A DNA stretch of 64,000 bases, from the NCBI GenBank assembly GCA_964470065.1, contig CAYYAR010000004.1, positions 26,329 through 90,328 of the forward strand. The letters run 5' to 3'. Below, in pieces: positions 57,876-64,000 of the stretch (positions are counted from its first letter, which is position 1; the number at the start of each line of letters is the position of its first letter). This DNA is from an uncultured Verrucomicrobiota bacterium (lineage in GTDB: Bacteria > Verrucomicrobiota > Kiritimatiellia > CAIVKH01). Position numbers and translations under genes: made by a program. Below the pieces are notes generated by a model. The model had not been told where the DNA came from, searched no databases, and saw only the letters and a program-made list of their open reading frames with translations.

Positions 57876-59280
57876 CCGGTACGTCCAGCAGGGTACCAAG
57901 CGCATTAAGCAAGCGGTATCCCGAAAGCGAGGCCTCGGCGCGGGCGGCGAGTTCGGCGGATACCGCGGCGGCATGAGCCGCCTCGGCGTCGGTGACGCTG
58001 AAGTTGTCGCCCTGGCCCATGCGGAACATCGATTCGGCGAGCGACAGGCGCTTCCACGCCAATTCCGTGTTGCGGCTTGAAATGCGATAATCCGCGGCCG
58101 CGCGATGATAGGCGCGGATCTGCTGTTTGACATCGCGCTCGATGGTGTGATCGAGGTCGGCAAGGCTGATCAGGACTTGATCGCGTTGACTGCGGGCGCG
58201 GAGGAGTCCGGCGCGCTTTTCATAGCGGTTCAGATCCGGTTCGATGGTCAGGCCGGCGAACCAGGCTTCCTCGGTCAGATCGGTGGAGGAGCGGTCCTCC
58301 TCGCCGCCACGCATCCGGTAATTGCCAATCACGCTGACATCAGGCTGTAGCTCTTTTCCGGCGATGCGTATTTGCCGCTCCGCGGTGTCGAGCTGATCGA
58401 GTGCGCGCGCGTAATCGAGCCGGTTGGAAAAGGCGGTGGCCACGGCGGCGCGCGGATCCGGAATTTCCATGGCCAGCAGCGGCGCGGGCGTGAAAGCGAC
58501 ATCGGTGGATTGTGTCCAGCCAATCAACTGAAAAAAATCATCGCGTTCCAGGGCGAGCAACTCGCGACTGCCTTCCAGTGCGGTCTCCGCTTCGCCTCGT
58601 TGCAGCTCCACGCGTAGCGTGTCCAGCCGGCCGGCTCCGCCCGTCTCTTCGCGGGCGCGCGTCAAGGTGAGCAACTCGTTCAATCGCTCCAGCGCCTTGC
58701 CATCCACCTCCACTTGTCGCTCGTAGCGAAGCACCGACTCATAGCTGCGCACGACATCGATCACCATTTCCATGCGGCGAAGATGAAACGAGCGGCGCGC
58801 GTCGAGTTCCGACTGCTCGGCGCGGGTCACGGGCTCGCGGTTGATCAACGCGCCGGCCCGGCGCAGCAGGGGCTGGCGGACATCGATGCGCACATACGCC
58901 GTCTCATCGCCTTCGGTCGAGGTCATGCCTCCGCTGACACCCACCTCTCCGCCGGTCATGAACGACCGCCGGGCTTGAAGTCCATACGCGAGGATGTCTT
59001 CGTCCGCCGAGGTGGAAACCGATCCTTCCGGTCCCCAACGAACGGTAAATTCAGCAAGACTTTCGCGGACGCCGATGCCGGCCTCGGCAGCCGTGAGATC
59101 GGCCAGCATCACCTGACGATTGAATTGAAGCCCGTGATTGATGGCGTCGACCAGCGGGAGTTCAAAGGCATCGTTCGATGCGTTGGTCATGCCATGAACG
59201 GGCGCGGCGAGGCCCGCCAGCAGGAGTGGAAGATGACTCCACGAGAGGTTGTGACCGCGATGTTTCGCCATGCCCGCCAA
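57853..59280 (-). CDS. TolC-family outer membrane efflux protein
   Basis: Signal peptide and two repeated coiled-coil/beta segments typical of the outer membrane factor (OMF) family; first gene of the efflux operon. Confidence 0.8.
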   Translation of the reverse strand: MAGMAKHRGHNLSWSHLPLLLAGLAAPVHGMTNASNDAFELPLVDAINHGLQFNRQVMLADLTAAEAGIGVRESLAEFTVRWGPEGSVSTSADEDILAYGLQARRSFMTGGEVGVSGGMTSTEGDETAYVRIDVRQPLLRRAGALINREPVTRAEQSELDARRSFHLRRMEMVIDVVRSYESVLRYERQVEVDGKALERLNELLTLTRAREETGGAGRLDTLRVELQRGEAETALEGSRELLALERDDFFQLIGWTQSTDVAFTPAPLLAMEIPDPRAAVATAFSNRLDYARALDQLDTAERQIRIAGKELQPDVSVIGNYRMRGGEEDRSSTDLTEEAWFAGLTIEPDLNRYEKRAGLLRARSQRDQVLISLADLDHTIERDVKQQIRAYHRAAADYRISSRNTELAWKRLSLAESMFRMGQGDNFSVTDAEAAHAAAVSAELAARAEASLSGYRLLNALGTLLDVPDELKPEK

Positions 59281-59383
59281 AACTAGCGGATCAGGAGGGG
59301 CGGGTCAACGGCCGCGCCGGGAGGTTTTGATTGGCGCAGGCCGTTGATCTGCGATAGGGTGCCGGGGTCGAAAGGAGATCAGC

Positions 59384-60178
59384 ATGTTTCATCTTTTTCG
59401 CTTGTGGATTGTGCTCGCCATGGCGGGTTGGGTCACTGGTTGCGCGACGTCGCCCCCGTCGCCGGGCAAGCCGCCGCGCAAGGACGAGGTGGCGCCTCTT
59501 CGCGTGGGCGTGACGCCCAACTTTCCTCCGTTGGTTTTTAATCAGCAGGGCACGCTGGCCGGTGTCGAGGTGGATCTGATGCGCATCGTGGGGCGCGAGC
59601 TGGGCCGCCCGGTGAGCGCCGTCGTTTTGCCGTGGGAGGAAATTATCGATTCGCTTCTGAGTGGTCATATCGACGTCATCATGTCCGGTATCTCCGTGAC
59701 GCCGGCGCGGACCATGCGCGTGGCCTTTACCGATCCGTGGATGACCAGCGGACTGATGGCGGCGATGCGCCAGACGGACACGGGCAACATCAAAAGCATC
59801 GACGATGTGAAAAATTTTTACGGCCGGATCGGCGTGCTGTCCGGGACCACCGGCCACGACTTTGTGCGGCGCAACTGTCCGAATGCCAGGCTTGTGAAGA
59901 TTGCCTCCGCCGGGGATGCGGCGGTGCAATTGCAGCGCAATCAAGTGGATCTGTTTGTGGACGACATCCCATCGATTCTCTGGCAGGTCTCGGTATACGA
60001 GGCGGAGCTTGCGCCGCTGATGGAGCGATTAACCGAGGATCAGATTGCCTGGGCGGTTCGGCGTGACAATATGACGTTAATGCAGCAGCTCAACGACGTG
60101 ATCCGCAAGGGCAAGCAGGACGGCACCATTGACGCGGCCATCCTGAAGTGGATTCCGTATTACGAGAGCATCAAGTAG
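59384..60178 (+). CDS. ABC transporter substrate-binding lipoprotein (polar amino acid, SBP_bac_3 family)
   Basis: Lipobox LAMAGWVTGCA; typical type-2 periplasmic binding protein domain. Confidence 0.8.
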   Translation: MFHLFRLWIVLAMAGWVTGCATSPPSPGKPPRKDEVAPLRVGVTPNFPPLVFNQQGTLAGVEVDLMRIVGRELGRPVSAVVLPWEEIIDSLLSGHIDVIMSGISVTPARTMRVAFTDPWMTSGLMAAMRQTDTGNIKSIDDVKNFYGRIGVLSGTTGHDFVRRNCPNARLVKIASAGDAAVQLQRNQVDLFVDDIPSILWQVSVYEAELAPLMERLTEDQIAWAVRRDNMTLMQQLNDVIRKGKQDGTIDAAILKWIPYYESIK

Positions 60179-61118
60179 TCGCCGCGTTGCCGCCGAAGGC
60201 GGCGATATCCGGCGGCACCGGCGCCTCGAAGGTCATGGCCTCGCCGGTTTTGGGGTGGAGAATCGTCAGTTGCCAGGCATGCAATAATTGCCGGTTGACC
60301 GGATGTGGCAAAGCGGGAGGACGTTTGGGTCCATAGGTGGCATCTCCCACCACGGGATGTTTGATGTGGGCAAGATGAACGCGGATCTGATGTGTGCGGC
60401 CAGTCTCAATCAACAGCTCGAGTAGCGAAACCGGCGCCGCTTGTTTGCGCAGGCGATAATGGGTCACGGCCGGGCGGCCTCGTCCGGAGCGCACGCTCAT
60501 TTTCTTTCGGTGAACGGGATCGCGGCCGATGGCTGCGCGGATGGTTCCCGAGGCTGGCGATGGGGTGCCCCACACGACGGCGAGATATTTTTTTCGCGTC
60601 ACGCGCTCCTTGAATTGCCGGGCGAGCGCGAGCATGGCGCTTTCGCTTTTGGCGATAATCAGGACGCCGCTGGTGTCGCGATCCAGGCGGTGGACAATTC
60701 CGGGGCGCAATTCTCCGCCGATGCCGGCGAGGTCCGTGCAGTGATGCAAGAGCGCGTTGACGAGGGTTCCCGATGCATGCCCGGGCGCCGGGTGTACGAC
60801 GAGTCCGGGTGGCTTGTTGATCACGATGATGTCCGGATCTTCATGCAAAATCGACAGATCGATATCTTCCGCGACGAGTTCGGTTGATTGGGGCGGCGGA
60901 ATCATTGCCTGCGCGCGCAAACCTGCGCGCACCGCATCGTTTGGTTTGGGAACCACCCCTTCGACGGTCACCGCGCCGTCGCGAATCAGTTTTTGCCACC
61001 GCGCACGAGACAGGGCGGCGTGTCGCCGGGCCAGCCAGGCATCAAGACGAACCCCCGCCTCGTCCGGGGTGGCGGGACCGATGATCCATGGTTCGTTTGT
61101 GTGTTCTGGCACATTCAT
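60171..61118 (-). CDS. rluD: RluA-family 23S rRNA pseudouridine synthase (RluD-like)
   Basis: S4 domain N-terminus; catalytic HRLDRDTSGVLIIAKS motif. Confidence 0.9.
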   Translation of the reverse strand: MNVPEHTNEPWIIGPATPDEAGVRLDAWLARRHAALSRARWQKLIRDGAVTVEGVVPKPNDAVRAGLRAQAMIPPPQSTELVAEDIDLSILHEDPDIIVINKPPGLVVHPAPGHASGTLVNALLHHCTDLAGIGGELRPGIVHRLDRDTSGVLIIAKSESAMLALARQFKERVTRKKYLAVVWGTPSPASGTIRAAIGRDPVHRKKMSVRSGRGRPAVTHYRLRKQAAPVSLLELLIETGRTHQIRVHLAHIKHPVVGDATYGPKRPPALPHPVNRQLLHAWQLTILHPKTGEAMTFEAPVPPDIAAFGGNAATT

Positions 61119-61187
61119 GGTGATATCGATCGCGCAGTGACAACGGCAACAACCATCAAGCCGTGGTTCGGGCGCCGGGGCACACGA

Positions 61188-61979
61188 CTATGGAAGTTGG
61201 CGGAAGTCCTTCCGCTGGCGCAATTGCAACTCCCACAACTTCGCGTATTTCAAGAAGGCGCCATAACCGTTGGTAACGGCAATGATGAATCCGGGCATGC
61301 CGTCGAGAAAGCCGGCGCGAAAAATATAGCCTTTGACGAAGCGAAATACCGGGCGAAACAAAAGGTCAATCCACCGGAAGGATGAGTCTTTGACAAATTT
61401 TTGTTGCGCGGTGATGGTGGAAAATCGGTTCAGGGTCTCGTTCTGGTCGCGAATATCATCATAGGTGTAGTGAAAGATGGGGCCTTTCAGACGCTTCACC
61501 GGCCCGCGCACATACACCCGGTCGTGCGGTTCTTCACCCTCGGTGCGTCCAAAGTCTTTATGGAACAGGCGCAACTTCACATCCGGATACCATTCCCCGT
61601 GCTTGATCCACCGGCCGAGAAAAAACACCAACCGCGGAAACTCATAGCCGAGATGCTTGCGATCCGGCTTGGCGAACTCCGCCAGAATTTCGTCGCGCAG
61701 CTCGGGCGATACCTCCTCGTCGGAATCAAGATACAGGATCCACGAGTGCGAGGCTTTATCGCGGATCATGTTGCGCTGGCCGACATAGCCCAGCCACACA
61801 TGCTGGTAGACGTGGGGGGTGAATTCGCGCGCAATTTCAACGGTGCGGTCGGTGCTGAAGCTGTCCATCACGACGATTTCATCGCACCAGGTCACGCTTT
61901 GCAGGCAACGGCGAATCTTGTCCTCTTCGTTGAAGACAATAATACAGGCTGAAATTTTTTCGCGGACGACCGGGGGCAT
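61188..61979 (-). CDS. GT2 family glycosyltransferase (LPS core-type, WaaE/KdtX-like)
   Basis: ACIIVFNEEDKI...VVMDSFSTDRT...DSDEE signature; 263 aa. The start overlaps the stop of the FHA protein. Confidence 0.85.
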   Translation of the reverse strand: MPPVVREKISACIIVFNEEDKIRRCLQSVTWCDEIVVMDSFSTDRTVEIAREFTPHVYQHVWLGYVGQRNMIRDKASHSWILYLDSDEEVSPELRDEILAEFAKPDRKHLGYEFPRLVFFLGRWIKHGEWYPDVKLRLFHKDFGRTEGEEPHDRVYVRGPVKRLKGPIFHYTYDDIRDQNETLNRFSTITAQQKFVKDSSFRWIDLLFRPVFRFVKGYIFRAGFLDGMPGFIIAVTNGYGAFLKYAKLWELQLRQRKDFRQLP

Positions 61980-63445
61980 CAGAATGTTTGTCCGCTAGCC
62001 GGCTCGGACTGGTTGTTGGCGGTCTGGACGGCGAGGCCGGCGGACTGAAGGATGGCGGGATCCAGCAGGTTGGCCGGTCTCGCCTGTTCATCGATCAGGT
62101 TGTCGAAATAGTGAAGCCGGGCAATGAAACCATAATACCGTTGACGACTGGTGTTGAGGTCGCGCTGGTAATAACCCTTGGGTGCCACGTAATTGACCGC
62201 GCAGGAAAAAAGATTCTCGGCGGCCTGGGGGAGCGCGGAGAGGTTGGCCTCGGCATAAGGTTGCACCGAGCTAAGGGCAACGCGGCGCGTATCGATGTCC
62301 TGCTCAAAAAAGTAAACGAGCAGGCGGACGCCTTTTGGATCGATCGGACCGAGGTTCCGGTCATAGCTGAGCTGGATGTTGATGGTGCGCATCTCGTCGT
62401 GGTCGGCGGACTCCGGGAAGCGAACCGGGTCAACCGACTTGATGCGCACGGCTTCGTGGGCGCTCGGAAGCTGACGGCTTTCCACGCGGCTCAACCGCAA
62501 GCGCTCCATGGCGGCCCGCCGGTAGAGCTCGGACCCGGTGGAACGCTTCAGGATTGCGCTCCATTGTTCGAGGGCGCGATCAGGCATGTTCTGTTCCTCG
62601 AACACGCGGGCGCGCAACTCATAGGCTGGAAGATAGTCGGGATACTCGAGCTGGAGGTGCTCCAGAAAAACATCGGCGCCGGCAAAATCGGATGATTCCA
62701 GCGCTTGGCGTGCGGCGGTCATCGATACCTCGATATCATCCACATCATTCCGGCCGGAAGCGCTGACCGGTTCTGCAGGCGGGGTGCTTTCCTGACTGCT
62801 GAGAAGCGTGGCCGTGTTGTTCAGCTGCTGGATATGCTCCTGGATGGAGGAAAGATCCTCGCGAATTTTTTTGAGCTCATCATCGATGGCGGGCTTTTCA
62901 ACAATAACGATTTCTTCGACGGGCGGAATGGCCGCTGCCGCCGGCGGAATCTCTACTTCGGCGGGCTGAGGATCAATGGCCACGGCGACCACAAGTTCTT
63001 CCGCCGCCTGTTCTATTGTCGGTTCATCGCGGCCCATAATGGCAAAGGTCGCCCCGGCCAGCAGAAGCAACGACGCTGCGATGGCCAATAGGCGTTTGCG
63101 TCCGCGGTTGACGTGCACTTCGTGGATTTCGTTCGACGATTGAACTTCTGCCTGCACAATCGCCTCGACCAGCAACCGGGTCCGCCCCAGTTCGAAAATG
63201 TCGCCGTGTTTGAGCCGCGAATGTTGCACCTCGTGCTTGTTCAAGATGATCTTGTTCATCGAGCCGAGGTCGGAAATGAACAATTCGCTGCCGCGCTGTT
63301 CGATTCGGGCGTGATGAAGGGCAATTTCCTCGTCCGGAAGGCTGATGTCGCAATCGGTCTCGCGACCCAAGGTCATCGGATCGGGATCAATAGTGATCCG
63401 GGTGCCCTTGGCTGCGCCATTTAAAACTATGAGCCGGTAAATCAT
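61979..63445 (-). CDS. FHA-domain membrane protein
   Basis: Start MIYRLIVLNG. N-terminal FHA domain (GRETDCDISLPDEEIALHHARIE...LFISDLGSMNKIILN), one TM (LLAIAASLLLLAGATFAIM), and an uncharacterised periplasmic domain of ~330 aa. Confidence 0.75.
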   Translation of the reverse strand: MIYRLIVLNGAAKGTRITIDPDPMTLGRETDCDISLPDEEIALHHARIEQRGSELFISDLGSMNKIILNKHEVQHSRLKHGDIFELGRTRLLVEAIVQAEVQSSNEIHEVHVNRGRKRLLAIAASLLLLAGATFAIMGRDEPTIEQAAEELVVAVAIDPQPAEVEIPPAAAAIPPVEEIVIVEKPAIDDELKKIREDLSSIQEHIQQLNNTATLLSSQESTPPAEPVSASGRNDVDDIEVSMTAARQALESSDFAGADVFLEHLQLEYPDYLPAYELRARVFEEQNMPDRALEQWSAILKRSTGSELYRRAAMERLRLSRVESRQLPSAHEAVRIKSVDPVRFPESADHDEMRTINIQLSYDRNLGPIDPKGVRLLVYFFEQDIDTRRVALSSVQPYAEANLSALPQAAENLFSCAVNYVAPKGYYQRDLNTSRQRYYGFIARLHYFDNLIDEQARPANLLDPAILQSAGLAVQTANNQSEPASGQTF

Positions 63446-63512
63446 ATGGCTTGCGGATAGGAAAAACCTCCTGCACCGCCAAGTCAATCCTTAGAATGGC
63501 CAAAATAATAAA

Positions 63513-64000
63513 TTAACGCAATAGGCAGGTTTCGATGGAGCGGGCCATTCCGTCTATAAATGCTTGACCACCAAGTCGTTCCGCCTGTGCGCGTATTTGC
63601 TCCGGTGCCCATGACTGCTCCAGCGCCGACGCGATGCAGCGATTCAAGTCCGGCGCCGACTGGGTGTCAAAAAACCGGCCGGTGACCCCGTCAATTACGG
63701 TCTCCGTGACACCGCCCCGGCGATAGGCCAACACGGGCATTCCGCACGCCATGGCCTCAACCGGTACGATCCCGTAATCTTCCTCACCCGGAAAAACGAG
63801 GAAGCGGCAACGCCGGTAGTAATCCCGGATCACGTCGTCGGGTTGCCAACCGGTGAAACGGATATTCGGACCAGCCATCGCCCTCAGGCGGTTGAACCCG
63901 GTTCCCGTGCCAACGACGACCAGCGCGCGGCCATTTGCATTGTAGGCTTGGACTGCGATATCAATCTTTTTGTAGGGAACCAGAGCCGAGACGATTAAAT
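63513..64000 (-). CDS. GT4 (glycosyl transferases group 1) family protein, 5' end beyond the window
   Basis: C-terminal GT-B motif FPGEEDYGIVPVEAMACGMPVLAYRRGGVTETV. The in-frame minus-strand translation continues to the window edge (...ALVVVGTGTGFNRLRAMAGPNIRF...). Confidence 0.75.
   Translation of the reverse strand, partial: LIVSALVPYKKIDIAVQAYNANGRALVVVGTGTGFNRLRAMAGPNIRFTGWQPDDVIRDYYRRCRFLVFPGEEDYGIVPVEAMACGMPVLAYRRGGVTETVIDGVTGRFFDTQSAPDLNRCIASALEQSWAPEQIRAQAERLGGQAFIDGMARSIETCLLR

Overview
This is a GC-rich bacterial chromosomal segment with about 60 genes, compactly arranged, with weak or absent Shine-Dalgarno sites and frequent start/stop overlaps. A PEP-CTERM sorting signal and abundant TPR tails suggest a Verrucomicrobia/PVC-like origin, but that is inference. 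High-GC DNA here produces many long antisense ORFs, which I rejected (see noticed_but_rejected). Housekeeping content: a tRNA with anticodon CAT, glnS, def, a conserved dprA-topA-xerC neighbourhood, kdtA/waaA, murB, rimO, hemH, gpsA-plsY, rpoZ-like, smpB and rluD. Envelope and glycan genes: a WbaP-like sugar-1-P transferase, a UbiA-family (DPPR-synthase-like) plus GT2 polyprenol-P glycosyltransferase pair, a GT-C membrane glycosyltransferase, an O-antigen-ligase-like fragment, and GT2 and GT4 genes. Regulation and transport: three two-component systems (one with a sigma-54 activator), a MacAB-TolC-like efflux operon and an MsbA-like exporter. Toxin-antitoxin (TA) content: two intact type II modules (VapBC, Phd-VapC) and one decayed HepT/MntA-like remnant. 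The most unusual region is a lower-GC ~4.7 kb island at 38.3-43.1 kb. It encodes two secreted proteins (one tandem-repeat, one PEP-CTERM) and a 982-aa fused membrane / spermidine-synthase-like / TPR protein, and is bordered by the decayed TA module. Other notable items: a 111-bp direct duplication of the MATE gene 3' end around a 443-bp non-coding insert; a 1469-aa secreted GH57-like protein; a membrane protein with three TRAM domains divergent from rimO; and an uncharacterised protein with an endonuclease-III-like Cys cluster next to def. No rRNA, CRISPR array, transposase or phage genes were seen.
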